This document shows, piece after piece, positions 12,590-26,639 of a DNA stretch of 64,000 bases. The number at the start of each line of letters is the position of its first letter. The stretch's first letter is position 1. This DNA comes from Octopus sinensis (lineage: Eukaryota), in contig NW_021836134.1 in the NCBI RefSeq assembly GCF_006345805.1, forward strand, positions 248,001-312,000. Direction: 5' to 3'. The notes beneath the pieces were generated by a model. The model searched no databases and was not told the DNA's origin. It was given only the letters and a program-made list of their open reading frames with translations. Position numbers and translations under genes: made by a program.

Positions 12590-13600
12590 TGCACTGAATT
12601 CCGCCCTCTCCGTCCTCTGAAGTCTGGTTATAAGAAAGTAAATAACTCACATAGACAATTCTTTGGGGTCCCTTCCAGTCATTGACTACAAACAAATATC
12701 AGTCAAGGCTGGCAATGAAGGCAATGGGGGTCTAGTCTTCAAGTCATTCTCCGGAAATTCTCATCATGTGATCCTTGAAGGTGCCATGTTCTATATTGAG
12801 TCCTTTAATCGCATCCTTCGATTATATGCTGTCGAAAATGGGGTCGACGGCGGAATTAGCAATTGTTTTGGCGGCAGCGGGAAACATTTGATAATCTCAG
12901 TACCATTTTTTTGTATTGTTCAAAAGATCCCCCAAAACACTATCGTTTGGCAGTGTGGAAAAATTTTGACGGAATTAAATCGAGAAGACCACTTTTTATT
13001 GCCGCCCATGGAAAAGGTGGCGGGAACGGGAACCGCGCTATTCGTTCTTCAGTGACCAGGATTCCGAATTTGGCGGTATATGGAGGGGTCCGCGAAGCTT
13101 TTTGATTTCGAGCTTGAACTTAAGTTTATGGCAGATGTTAGTTTGGTTTGTCATCTTTATTGATTTGAGTAAGATTGGCTTCCCAAACGCGGGAAAATCT
13201 AGTTTTTTAAACCCAATTTCCCGAGAAAAGTCACGTGTCTTCTCCATTCCGTTCACGACTCTGATACTTCAGGTCGGAGTATTTGAGTTTGAGGATTACC
13301 GTCAAATTACCTTCCGCATTTGTGAAGGACTCCTTAGTTGATAGAGGTCTTGGATTTGATTTTTTGAGACAAATTGAACGGTGTCGTGGTATGGTGTTTG
13401 TCTTTGACCTTTCTCTCGATTTAAGGTGCGAGTTGGAGGACTTTAAAGAGAAACTGAATCGTTTTTTATGGTTTGCAATAAGTCGATTTACAAGATGCAA
13501 ATAAGAGATTTAATGATTTTGTTTGTCTGAGGACACTCTACTGACGCTTGTGGCTGTCTCTGTCAAATTTGCTGATTTTCTGACTAAATTACGCTCTAAA
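12590..13600 (+). pseudogene. Obg-family GTPase (GTPBP10/MTG2-like), unprocessed pseudogene
   Basis: IDYKQISVKAGNEGNGG, GKGGGNGN, ADVSL/IGFPNAGKSS across a 28-nt intron (13146-13173), PFTTL, GLGFDFLRQIERC. Several frameshifts and deletions. Confidence 0.8.
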
Positions 13601-14929
13601 GTCTTTTCTTAATAAAATTTAGTGAAATATGCGTATTAAAGAGTACTATTATTCTGATTGAAATCATATTTCGTTTCAACAATACTTTAATGACGTATTA
13701 ATCAACTATTTTAAAATCAACATTATTGGAACAGGTTATTGAGAGTATCAAGGAGGCAATTGCTATGCTATTTACAAGGTTAGTCAGCAATAGAGGGATA
13801 TGGTACCCTAATGTATGAAGGGAGTGAAAATGAGTAGTGAAAAAAAATTAGTGTATAGAATTATGATATTTCATATTTTTGCAAAACATCCAAAAGAGTG
13901 ATAATTTTATCTCGTGAAACATTAGAATTCTGTTCGATAAATTGGACCACCAAAACATGAAATTTAAATATTACAAAATTAATATCGGAAGAGACGTCCT
14001 TCATTCGTGCCTCGAATTTGGTGGTCATATTGGACAAATACTGGTAACGAAGTTTCTTCCGATTCCTGCATTCCCCAGCTTTGCCAGACCTCATTCCAAT
14101 ATTCCGACACTTTTTTTCATTTTAATATTATTTTGGCGTCGATATAATCTCATTGATTAGATTACTGAAATAGACAATCAAAAGTTTCCTTACTGCAATT
14201 ATTACACCAGTAGAACAACTAAAGTATAAGAAAAGATACAAATAAGGATCAGTAAATTAACAATCCATCCAGTTAACCAAAAGGGATTAATTAAGTCAAT
14301 CTCTTATAATCATTAGCGTCAAATCTTCTAAACAACAGAACAGACAGAGTATCGTTCTTTGAGGATTCCCTCAAGTCAACGTGGTGGGTTTCCCCTTTGA
14401 TGATGATTACGTAAATCCCCTCACTGTCCTGTCCATAGAAACCGTCTCCACGGATTCATGTTTTATTACTGAAAATAATGTTACTAAATGAGAACAAATC
14501 ACGAACGCTCGTTGCCACTGGAATAAACCTCCGTCGTGGGGTCACTCTATATCCTGACTTTACTACTGTTATACTTCATTAGCAAGAAAATATTGTCCAC
14601 ACTCTTCCTCAAACACATTGACAGATCCATCTCAGTAAAACTCAGTCAGATTACCCCTGGTACCCCAGGGAACCAAGTCTATTGAGCCATAAATGTCCGC
14701 AAATATAGACCAAGTAAATGCTTCTCAGTCTTATTACAATGCCCATGACAGAATATTCTTGCTAATCATTTCATAAATTTTGTTTAATAAATTGGTGGTT
14801 TTCTTGAATTACATCAAACAGCAAAAATCTCAACCTAACAAACAATATGAAATAATAAGGAAATAAAAACATGAAAATGAGTTATTAGACCATTAGTAAA
14901 ATCAAATAAGCATCAGTTTCTTGAAGTGA

Positions 14930-15460
14930 GCCAACCACATAGCCCTCGCAGGTCAACTCGTTGTTTTCACTGACCAACACTTAAAATCGAAACTTCAGAG
15001 GCTGGAATCGATTGTCCAGGCAAGTCGTAACTTGTTTCCCCAAATTGAGCTTTGGAATGTATAGATTCCATCCACATTGTTGAAGAACTGTCACTGAGGA
15101 CAATAATTAAATGTATTTGTGCTAGAGGAACTTTCCAGTCCATCCGTCCTTGATAATGTGCACATCTTTTGGAGTGTACTTGGAAAACACTTCAGCCAAA
15201 CTCGCACTCGACATGCCCTTTGACACAGGTTCCAAAAACAGTTTCTTTTGGGATGGCCATTTAAACCATGTTCCCTGGAAAGTAGTTCTAGAGCTCCGAA
15301 GTGTTTTTAGACGTGAATAATAGTTCGCACGTCCGTCTTCAATCGAAAAATCATTATTATTCGACAATCCCTTTCTCATGCCGGAATGAGAAAATCCACA
15401 CTTCCATGAAGACGATTGCAATTTTCAATTACCACCAACCTTCCACGTAGTATGTAGTCA
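14930..15460 (-). mobile_element. Merlin (IS1595-like) transposase relic
   Basis: LFLEPV...IIKDGW region homologous to the element at 37899-38960. Confidence 0.55.
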
Positions 15461-15544
15461 TTTCAATTCTCTTTGTTCGGCACAATATTTTCTCGATTTA
15501 TTTTATTATTATTAAAAAACACTTTTACAGAACCAAAGAACGTT

Positions 15545-17230
15545 ATATTAACTGAGGTTCCGTTTGTGCCACACGTTCCAAAGTCTGCTTAACTAGGCGT
15601 CTCCATCGCCCTCTGCTTTGCGCATTTGTCCTTAGATCTTATAGGTCTTATGCAGATTTAAGATTTCTCCTAATCCCATTAAGGTGACCCATTCTGAGCA
15701 CGTGCCCGAACAGTCTCTACATTGATTCAATAATGTCGATGCTTATTGGCCTCGATTCTGCCATAGAGTATAATTTCTTGTTTGAAATCTTCTTGGACCA
15801 ACCTAGGCCCATTTAATTGCGCATTTGTTTGCGATAAAATATATCCATTTTCTTGACCTCCAGGTCTGTGCCCCCATGTATCCGAATTGTACATGGCACC
15901 GGTTTTATATGGGTTGTATAATCATATTCTTAGATTTGATTTTATTAGTTTTCGTCTACTCAATATCTGCTGCATGTTCTTTTTTTAGTTAACCCAAGAA
16001 TCACCAACAGTTAATTATGGTAAGTAATTAAGTGATTTCAACAATTCTCAAGATCTTTCTCAGCTTTTCCCGATGTTGGACTCTGGACCCAACGCAAGTG
16101 CGGGACGGGCGGGGAGCAGTTTTTGTGAGGAATTGAATCAGGGTAATGTGCTTCTGGTTGCTAAGGTCTTGGTCTTTTGGCAGGTGGTCCTGTTAAATGG
16201 CTAAGAAGCCCTTTCCATCTTTCTTAATAAGGTGGTCAAGCGGACTTGAAATAATGTTGTTCAAATTGGAAATTTGCCTTATGCTAGCCGCGGCTTGGCA
16301 TATTAGTCTCAATTTTAAGGCGGTTAGACCATGAGATATTAGTACCCCATGGAGCGCAGGCATAGCCAATTGTCGGTTCGATGAATTGTTTGTAGAGAGT
16401 GCCGAAGGCCGGGAACAGTTTCTTTAGTCTGCCAAATATCGATTTGATTAGTCCAATCTTTCTCTAACTGGATCCGATGGCCTTCCCCCCCAGAATTCCC
16501 CCTCTGTACATTCCTAACTTAATCTGTTTTCTTTAAATCATTTAAAATTTTTTAATAAAAAAAAGTAAAACACATGTGGATGTCAAAAGTGACCCTCAGA
16601 ATTTTAGGGTTCTTCGAGAATGGGATCTTTTCGTTCTCCAGAAAAAGATCAACAATACGGGTTCCGAGTCTCTTGTCCAAGGTAAATAGGGTAGTAGACG
16701 ATTTTTCGGGGGAGATGTTCATCCTGTTTTGATTAGCCAAGTTCGAATTTGTAATAAGATATCTTGTGCTCTTTTGGAAGCTTTCGAGAGGTCTTGATCA
16801 CGTGATCCAATGAGTAGGTCGTCGGAGTAGGCGAGAATGACTGAGTCTTTAATTTTAGAGTTAGGAATGTCGGATAGGTATAAATTGAATAGAGCAGGAG
16901 AAAGGGGGAGCTCTGGAAAACCCCATTTAGAAGCAATCTTGAGATGGATTTGATTCCATTCAGGCATACACGGCCTCTCCTTCCGCTGAGGAAATTCGAA
17001 GGCCAAAGTTTTATGTTCGAGTCTATGGATAGGCCAAATATTTTTTGAGTCATACAATTGATTTATGATGAGGTCTAGTTGCAAAACCTTCCATTATAAA
17101 CTGGGTTAGTGTGGTAAGATGTATCGAGGTAGAGAAATTACTCCCGAAGCCGTGTTGACGTATATAAGGGGAGAATAGGGATGATCAAATCGAAAATTAG
17201 TTTTTCAAGAATCTTTGCAATTGAACATAA
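15545..17230 (-). mobile_element. Two adjacent LINE relics: RTE-like 3' end (15545-15990) and Ingi/I-like RT (16020-17230)
   Basis: GVFQSSP-LSPALFNLYLSD, AYSDDL, ISPEKS, NPKILRVTFD. The RTE 3' end is shared with the copy at about 48410. Confidence 0.7.
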
Positions 17231-17426
17231 AAGTATTTGGTAGTGACCTCTTATATATGGCAGTGGCTCGAACTCTTCTATACATCATGTCCTCACATTC
17301 ACTAAGTGAGCCAATTTACTTTTTTTCCTCCAATTTTTATCGATATATTTTGATCCCCTTATGAGTCTTATGTGTTCAGTCTTTCCCTGATTAATTTGTA
17401 GTGACAAATTCTTAAATTATTTAGGG

Positions 17427-20400
17427 CAGGGGTGCGCAAGCTTTTTGGGTTTGCGGCCGCATAGCATTTATTTTTCCTTCTCTTCCACGGCCGCACATTT
17501 TCTGCATTATTTTTTCGATATTAATATAGTAATTTTTTTTAATTATTAAAAGTGACCGCATAAGTTGCCCATTGTCATCGAGACTGAATGAGTTCTTGGA
17601 CAGGAAATGCTCTCGTTCATCAGGGACATCATATTATTAAAATAAATAATTATTTCATGGACAAAAAATAAGAAAGAAGGAAAGTTAATTAAAAGAAATG
17701 TATTATACAAGTTATTCTAATGACGGCCAGGATCTTTGGTATTTTTTGCGAGCTTATTGAAATCCACTGGTAGGGTAGATATCATTATGCGCAAACATGA
17801 CTCTAAGTTTGCATCCGTTATCCGAGATCTATATTGACTTTTTAAATATTTCATTTTGGAAAATGTAGACTCACATAAATATGTGCTTCCGAATGGCGCA
17901 TCCAATTTGAAATTCCAATGTAATTCAATTTTAAATTCCAATGGAGCATTCTCAATCGAAACAGTATGTGGTGCTGCAGTTAATTGAAGTTTGAGTTTAA
18001 TTTTTTTAAATTCGTTAAATCGCTCTTCAAATTGTTTCGAAATATAATCGAATATAGTATTAAATGTATTTGGTGTAATGAGTAAAAGTCTGATATTTCT
18101 TTTCATAAATCAAGCACACGACATGCTGTTTCACCTTGTGATAGCCATCGAACTTGTGCATGGTATAAAATGTCTTCAGCAGATATTTCACTACCGGAAA
18201 GAATTGTACGAAACTGTCTATATCTCAATTCATTGTTTCGGATATATATAATAATTTGTTTTACTTCATTAAGTGTATCTTCAAATTTTTTCATTTGTGA
18301 ATAAAGTGCTTGTTGGTGAAATGAAAAAGAAAAAAATTGTGTTTTAAAAAATTCAAAATAAGTAAAAAAACGATTAAAGAAATAAAATCGGAAAATATCA
18401 CAAAAATGATAAAATTTCAAATAATTTAACCATTAAAAGAAACTACATCCCGAAATATTCCTTTGAATTCAATTAAATATATAAATAAAGGTAAACCAAA
18501 TAAAGACAACAGCGCTACATAATGAAAATAAATTAGGCCGTTTATGATAATTACTTTTAATAAAGGTTAACCATTATATAAAAATAGAATTCTATATAAT
18601 ATGAATATTTTTAATTATTATTTAGGGTTTATATTCTCTCCTAAAGTTGTTGTGGTGTTGTGCATGTCCGTTCCTAATGATATGAGGAAATCGAATCCTA
18701 GGGGCCTTCCTGCGAAAAAGGATAAAAATAACATAACAAGTGCAGGAGTGTCGTCTCTGGGGCTGGATAACAGCACAAGGACTAGTATTCATGACAATCC
18801 AATTGCTGGGAATCCTACTATCCCAACTAACTTGCATTCCCTTTCGGCCATTATCGATGATGCTATTTGTGTTTCTGAAGCTGAGTGGGTGTCTCAGATT
18901 GTTTATGCCACGAAGCAAAGAATTGGGAGGATACCAAGAGGTGGATGGAACCTTATCCGTGAGAAGTTTAATTCAAAATTCTTGAAGAGTGCAAGTCTCA
19001 GTCAACTCAAAGGAATGGTTAAACCAATGAGAGTGGATAATAATTATGGAAGCAATTGCCATCAGAAGCAATTTCTTGAGAGCTCAGAAATTTCCACTTT
19101 TAGAAAGTGTCTAGAAGAGTTTGAATATACAAATTAAGAATATTGAATCGATTCCAAGGGATTCACGTAAACCAACTCCAAAAATTCAAAATAAATATTT
19201 GAAAACTGATATATTGACAGGATTGAATTCGGCGATATATTATATTACGAAAGATAATCATCCTAATGATATCAATAGCATTTCTGATATTCTATATGCT
19301 GCTCAATGTGCGTATTTATCTCTAACCATGAGAGACAAAGCACAGAGCACATGGGTAGAAAATATTGAAAAGAAAATTTCAAAATTATCTGCAGAATTGG
19401 AAATTGTTAATTCCCATTCCAATCAAACACTACCTCCATCTGAAAAGCAAAAGGTAATGGATGTTCTCTGTCGCTATGGGTATAAGAAAACTAAGAAAGG
19501 TGAGCTGTCGAGGATTCAGATATTATTGCAAGACCTGATTAGGATTAACAATAAGAAAATAGAAGTTCATAATTCAAGGAAGCAATTTTGTAAGGATAAT
19601 CAGTGCTTTGAATTAAATCGAAAAAAATTCTATCGAGACTTAACAAAGAAAGAGGAAGTGACGCTGTATGGATTTGATGATGAAGAATGTGTCTCTTTTT
19701 GGCAAAAAGTCTGGAGCGAGAGAAATGGGAGGCCTCAATCTTATGACGTTGTTGGAAAACGAACTACTTGTGCTGAACATATGCTTCCAGAGTTTACGGA
19801 AGAGTTTTTTGGAAATGTTATTAAGTATCTTCCTGACTGGAAGGCATGTGGATGTGATGGGATATATAACTTTTTCATTAAGAAGATGGAGTCATTACAT
19901 GGATTTCTGTGTCACGAGATAACCCGAATAATTAATGGAGAGTACATGCCTGAAAGTTGGTTTTACACTGGAATAACATATTTGATTCCTAAAAAAGATG
20001 ATTGTGAGACCCCGAAGGATTACGTCCTATAACGTGTATGCCGACATTGTATAAACTTGTCACCAAATGTGTTAATGTAAAACTGGCTGATTTTGTCGAG
20101 GCATTTGGCCTAATTTCAGACAACCAACTTGGAACGAGGAAGTATTGTCAAGGCGCCAAGGAGCAAGCTCTCATTAACCAATGTTTGAACAAGGAGTACG
20201 GGAATGGCCTTTATTCTGCTTGGGTCGATGTGAAGAAAGCATATGACTCAGTTGATCATGATTTTTTGTTTCACGTTTTGGATTGTTCTGGAATCCCGCT
20301 TTGGATCGTGAACTTTGTGAAGAGCGTAGTTAAGAAGTGGGCAGTAAAGCTGCATATGGAAGGTAGAAGAATTGGATCAGTGAAGTTAAACCGAGGAATT

Positions 20401-22380
20401 TTACAGGGAGACTCATTGTCTCCTTTACTATTTGTTATGGTATTAGATCCTCTAAGCAGGATCCTTAATTCCGTGTTTCCAAAACTTGAAATTAACCAGG
20501 AAGATCCCAATATGTTAACATATTCTACTAATCATTTGCTATTTATTGACGATCTAAAAATATTTGCTCTCAAACAAGACACTTTACTCAAAATGATGGA
20601 AGCTGTTAACGGATTTTTTAAAATTGTTGGTTTGGAGATGAATTCAGAAAAATCAGCGTCTAATTTGGAATCATTACCATGTTGTAAGACTATTGACGGA
20701 ATCAATGGATATCGGTATTTGGGTGTACTTGAAGATGGTGGAAGCAATGTTCTTAAGAATAGAGTTATGGACTCTATCTTGGAGAATGTTAAGAAGAGGA
20801 TAACTATGCTATCGAAAACAAAACTCAACTCTGTGAATCTGTTTCGTGCTATAAATGAATATGCATTGTCACTATATAATTATTATATTGGGCTAATCAA
20901 TATTGAACCTTCTGAATTTGATGATATTGACAGACAAATACGCCAATTGCTTACGTCGCTCAGATTACATCTCAAACCTGCAAATAAAGAGAGACTGTAT
21001 TTAAACCGGAAGGCTCTTGGAAGAGGGCTTTCATCAGTTACTTTCAAAAGTGAACTAATGCTCTTTCAGTTCCTTACGAGTCTGGAAAATATGTCAACTA
21101 TATGCTTACGGAGGGCGGGGATTCTGCGTGTAATTAAAATGAATAAATGGCATTTGGCTATGATCGCAGGATTTCTATCCTCCAAATATGCAATTATTGA
21201 TAAGAAGAGTATTACTATGGAGTCTCTAAAGTCCAGTCAGATACAATATTTACAAAAGAAAATTAGTTCTAAAGCACTACATTCTGTGCTTTTCAAATGT
21301 GTGGATGAACTAATGTTGATTTACCTGCATCCTCAGAATGGCTATCTAATGGAAATAATGGGCCACGAAGCGAAGCATTGTATTGTCTTTTGCAAGATCG
21401 AAACTTGTTCTTTGCATCCGCTGACTCATTATGCAATCATTGTAAGAAAAGCAAGAAAACTGTTGACCACATGGCTACTCAGTGTGGTAAAATGCTCAAC
21501 AGTGATTATCTCCGGAGACACAACGAAGTTGTGAAGTGTATTCACCTTAACTTGTGCCGAATGTATGGACTCAAAAAAGCAAGACGATTGAAGGGACATT
21601 CTGTTCAGTCAACACTGTCGACGGGAAAAGTTGAAATCAGGGTTGATTCTACAATCCTCACCGAAACAAAAGTAGAATATAACAAGCCAGATATCTTTGT
21701 CCACGACAAAGTCAGAAACGAAATAAATCTAATTGAAGTGGGTATTACTTCACAGGATCGCCTCAAGCAAGTGGAGGTTGAAAAGTGTCACAAGTATGAC
21801 CTATTGGCAAGTGAGCTTTCGCTTCTGTATAGCTGTCAAGTAAAAATAATTCCTGTGGTTATGACATGGGATGGAGTTGTCTCGAAATGCTTCAAAAATT
21901 ATATGAAGAAACTATCTATTGAAGCAGGAACGAGGACATACATCCAATCCGTTGTACTGAAAAGAACGCTCGAGAGTATGATGATCGAACACAAGCACGG
22001 AATGAAGGTATCTGGTGAAGAATACGCTTCTGCTTCCAACCGGTATGTGGAGATGGCATGCAAAAATGAAGACGACCCAATGAATGCTAAAGAAGATGCA
22101 ATGGTTGAATCAGATGTGGTAGTGGGGAGTAAGAGGCAGCTGGAAGTAGACTCTTCTTCCAAGAGAAGGAGAGTGGATATCAGCGAGCTGGAGTGAGATC
22201 TGCTTAGTTTCTGATTAACTATTAATTTATTATTGGGAAAAATTTAAAATAATGAATTATTTAGGGTTTTTCTTGATTAATTAACACTATGAGCATTATA
22301 TTTAAGATTAGTTGCTCGATGACCTAATTGTGCCCACGGCCGCACATTCATCGACTCACGGCCGCACTTGCGCACCCCTG
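17427..22380 (-). mobile_element. hAT (Buster/SPIN-like) element, internally deleted, containing nested LINEs
   Basis: Perfect 14-bp TIRs CAGGGGTGCGCAAG (17427-17440 and 22367-22380). 8-bp nnnTAnnn TSD atttaggg/atctaggg. Transposase pieces HQQAL, VRWLSQG, PFGSTYLCESTFSKMKYLKSQYRSRI at 17717-18320. Confidence 0.9.
18631..22255 (+). mobile_element. Near full-length R4/Dong-clade non-LTR retrotransposon (RT + CCHC + REL endonuclease)
   Basis: One ORF from ATG 18664 to 22196 broken by three 1-bp frameshifts. Motifs WKACGCDGI, DVKKAYDSV, GILQGDSLSP, LFIDDLK, YRYLG, CNHC..DHMATQC..RRHN, KPD..IEV..KY. Candidate 14-bp TSD ATTATTTAGGGTTT at 18617-18630 and 22256-22269. Confidence 0.92.
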
Positions 22381-22947
22381 ATCTAGGGATTTTCTTTAAA
22401 TCAAATCAAAGTTACAGATCATTTTCTGGCACTAAATCTATGTCATCTGCATCGGCATGCATTCTTCAGATTTTGTTCTAAAACTCTTAATGCCGCTTCT
22501 AGGCATAGACAAATAGAACCGGCGATAGAGGACCTTCTTAAGGTATTCCAAATGTTGTCCAAAAATGCTTTGATGTTGTGTTTCTAATTTGTACTCAATG
22601 TTCGATAATAGAAAACGGCAAGTCTTGTGTTTTCCTCATCACAAAAACTCTCAGAAATGTTCAACAATGTTTTTAAGTTGACAGTGTCAAACGTACTGAA
22701 CATGTCTACTCTTAAAATTATAGAATCATCCTATATTGTCGACTCATGCACATATTGACCCGTGGGACCAAACAGCATATGCAGTCGAGTTTCCTTTTCT
22801 GAACCCACTCTATACCGGTGACAAAAATTCATAAACATCAAAAGACATTTAACTAATGGTTATTAGAAAAAGTAGTTTCCTTAATCATTTCAGTAATATC
22901 ACAAATCTTAGATTTTTTATCGATCCCTTGCTCTTTTTGGTTTATAC

Positions 22948-23560
22948 CAGTGGTTCTCAACCTGGTGTTCGCAAAAAATCTTTTGAACCTTTATTTAAAG
23001 TTTTATTTTGAATAATAATAATTTAACCAAAAGAAAAACACGGCAAAGGGGAAACTTTAATTAAATCTGTTAAAATAAATGAATTTGAAACCGAAAGAAT
23101 AATCGATTTTATTTATGCACATTTAACATATCTTCAAAAAGAAGTAAATAAATATTTTCCAAAATTTGGCAATATTGATTTGAAATAAATTTGTGCACCG
23201 TTTGATGTTGTTCCACGTTTAGTTGATGGAAATATTTAAAAGGCACTTATTGATATGGTCAATATTTCGAATGCTAGAGATTTGTATGAAAAACCTCCTT
23301 TGTCAAGATTTTGATGAAAAATGTGTTATTTTTATCTTCCGTAAGCGAAAATGCATTGAATTTGTACCATATTTTGCTGAAAACATATTTTTACGCTTCT
23401 CAATATAAAAATACTCATCGAGCAAGACTGAATATTGAGGATAAAATCAGAGTATGTTTGTCGATAACTGACCCTCAAATTTAAAAATTGCAACAAAAAA
23501 CAACATCGACCTTCTTTAATTTTATTTTTTATAATAAATTGGATTTGTAGAAACCCTCTC
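22948..23560 (+). mobile_element. hAT (Charlie/Buster-like) left end and decayed body
   Basis: Terminus CAGTGGTTCTCAACCT followed by decayed hAT C-terminal-like sequence. Confidence 0.55.
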
Positions 23561-24088
23561 CATTGTGGGCGTGTAGACATTAATTGTGGATATAAAGGAT
23601 TTATCAGTCATTCCACTCTTAATCTGGAGTACTGCTGTTCTGTCATTAACCCTCAAAACTGTGTGAATTCCCCCATCAAGACATTTATGTATAGCAAAGC
23701 CAAGTGTTTAGTAGTTGCATTCGGAGTCTGATAGCAAAAATCTGAAATATCCGAGTTCTTCTAAACTGATTCTTCACTTTAGTCTCCTATATACTGGATC
23801 ATAGAACGTTTTAAATAAAATTAAAAAAGAAAGGTCGAGGGTATAAATATTTCATGCGAGCTCAGCGATGAAAGCTGCGAAGAGATGATTTGTTGAAAAG
23901 GATTCTTCTTAGAACGTATAAAATATTATAAAGGTTGTCTATTGAGAAGAGACATCGATTACTTGAGTATTCAATACATGCTACTCTCATTTGGAAATTG
24001 AACAAAAAGTAGTGGGAGGGGAATGATTTTGATTAATTGGAAATATTTTATTATTAATCACTCACTGGGTTGAAATTGAAGTATTATA

Positions 24089-26167
24089 TGTCACCGGCTC
24101 ATTAATGGACCCGGCATATTAATGGACCGCATCAAAATCTCATTAATATCAATTACGTCCATATGAAAAGTATCTTACTTTTTTCTAAGTCCAATTTTAA
24201 ACCTATTTTTGATGGTTTTAATGACTTCTGGAAAACTAAGATTGACAACATAACAAACCTAACCTCATTTTTGAAAATTATTGATTAATTATTATATTGT
24301 TTATTATATTTAGAGGGTTTCCATTTTAAAATAATCAATTTTTCATTTTAAAATAGTAATAATAAACTTTTAAAATTTGAGATATGAATATTCTAACGTA
24401 AAAAGTCAATTTCGAAAGACAATCTTAACCAAACCCTAATTGTTGGAAGTCAATTTGATACTGTTCCCTATGCGGCCTGCGGCCGCAGTGTATTTGACTC
24501 GGATTTTATGATTAATACGATCTTTAATACTTTCTGATTACAATTTCTAGTGTTAAGAGGAACTCTAAATAACAGTTTTATTAAAACTTAATTAAAAAAC
24601 CCCGTATACGACACAATGCAAAACATTAAAAGTTTCAACTATTTATTTTAAAATTTTAGAAAGTCTCGAGATATTAACATTTTTGATTACATTTTTTTCC
24701 ATATCTTCTAGATCATAATTATGAAATTCTTGATTAATCACTGTATACATATTTGTTTGTATTTCATCATACAAAGGATACTTTCTGTTTGAAACATTTC
24801 CATCATAATCATGTCTAATAATCACTTTATCTCCCACGTTTATATTTTCCTCATCATATCGCCATTTTCTTTTTTTCTTCATTTTCTCGCCTGCTTTTTG
24901 AAGATTTTCCAGAATCTTCATATTCTGCTGGTCATCTTCCGAGCATTCATTTTTTTCGTAATTTATTTCTTCTTCTGGGTCAGTTCCATCGAATGCCATT
25001 AATGCATTTATTTCATTTTCGTCTGGTCTTTTTTTAATTCCCATAAAACTTCGAAAAGGAATATTCTTGGTCGTGTCATGTTTGTTCGATTGTAATCATA
25101 TACGATCTTCCTTATAATGTTGAAGTAAACTCCAAAACTTCCAGCTGAAGCACTTGTTGAGGATATCCACCGTTTAATTGATTGGTTGAACCTTTTTATT
25201 ATAGCTTTAAAATAAACCTTTCAACTTGTCCTTGTACCCAAGGTGCTCTAGGTCTTCCACAGATATGCTTTATTTTAAAAAATTCACACAGCTTATCCAT
25301 TTCAGAATTGCGAAACTCCCTTCCGTTATCAGTTTGGAGAATGACGGGTTCTCCAATAACGTAAAAAATATTCTCAAGTAGAGATGAAATTTCCAATGCA
25401 CTTTTATTCTTTGCTAATTCTACAACAGCATACTTAGTAAACGAATCAATGACCACAAGAACCTTCATATAAATAATTATTTAAGTTTACCCACGAGTTT
25501 GATCGATTTATTTCTGAATATCTTCTGAGATCTATAAGATCTGCGATATAACGGTCTCTAGGACCTCTGGCAATGATTGGAGTGATAAGTGGCTTGGTTG
25601 CCATCAATTTTTTGGACTAGCTAATAAATAAATAGCCAATACTTGACAATAAACACATTTGTCTAAAACAAAGCGGATATCTTCTCTCATTATGTTATAG
25701 AAAGTATTCCTCCACATACTACTAAGTCTATCTCGGCCAAAATGGATTTTATTATGCTCAGACTTCAATAAAGCAGATAAACTACCTCAATTATCTTTAA
25801 TTTCAGTTCCTTATCTTCAACTGCAAAGAACCGTAATTTTAGGTCACCCTTCAGTAAAAACGCTTTACCGTCTTCAAAAACAAATTTTTGCGATAGCTCT
25901 TTTAATCGAAATCGTTGTTTCTTGTCTAATGAATTCTCAGCTATTGATGAAATTTGGAATTTCTCAATTTTTTCAAGTTGTTCCCTAGTCAATTCCAACA
26001 AACGCATCAAACACGTGTAAATAAAAAATAATAAAAAATATAAAATTATGCTACAATTTATATAAAAACATATCTCTACAATGGGTTAATATTTATTTAT
26101 ATAATTTATTTTGCAATTTATGCAATCGGTCCATTAATATGCCGGGTCCATTAATGTGCCGGTCACA
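24089..26167 (-). mobile_element. Ginger2-like DNA transposon with retroviral-integrase-type transposase and four tiny introns
   Basis: About 40-bp TIRs beginning TGT, TATAA flanking both ends. Spliced CDS 26007 to 24643: H2C2 finger (EHNKIH..KCVYC), IADLID, VIDSFTKY, LQTDNGREF, QGQVERFN. Introns 25763-25785, 25617-25642, 25463-25490, 25192-25217. Confidence 0.92.
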
Positions 26168-26639
26168 TTATATTGTTAATATTACTTTGACTTCATTTTG
26201 AGGAGTGGACAACATTATTTTTTAACTTGGATGGTACAAATATTGCACATTTTAGGCATTTTATAGCAATAGAGAAAAGAGCATTTTTAATGACATCGGG
26301 CAGAGTTCGCATAGAAAGTCGTTTCGAATTCTCGAAGAATCTTTTCGAGGAACTGGAAATAATTATAAGGGGCAAATCGTCTATTGAAGGGTAAAAAATT
26401 TACTACGTAAGAAATCGTTAAAAATCAACATATATTAACAAAACGAGTGAAATATTAATAAAAACGCAATATATAAAGTAAGTAAAGACTAGTTAAATTA
26501 TGACCACTTGTATTCTAATCAAAATGCCAAAGAATATGCAAAATAGATGCGAATGTACGTGTCACGCCATTTAAATAGTTTTAATTTAAATAAAATATAT
26601 TTTTTTATTAATTATCTTTATTTTTAATTGCATTTTAAT

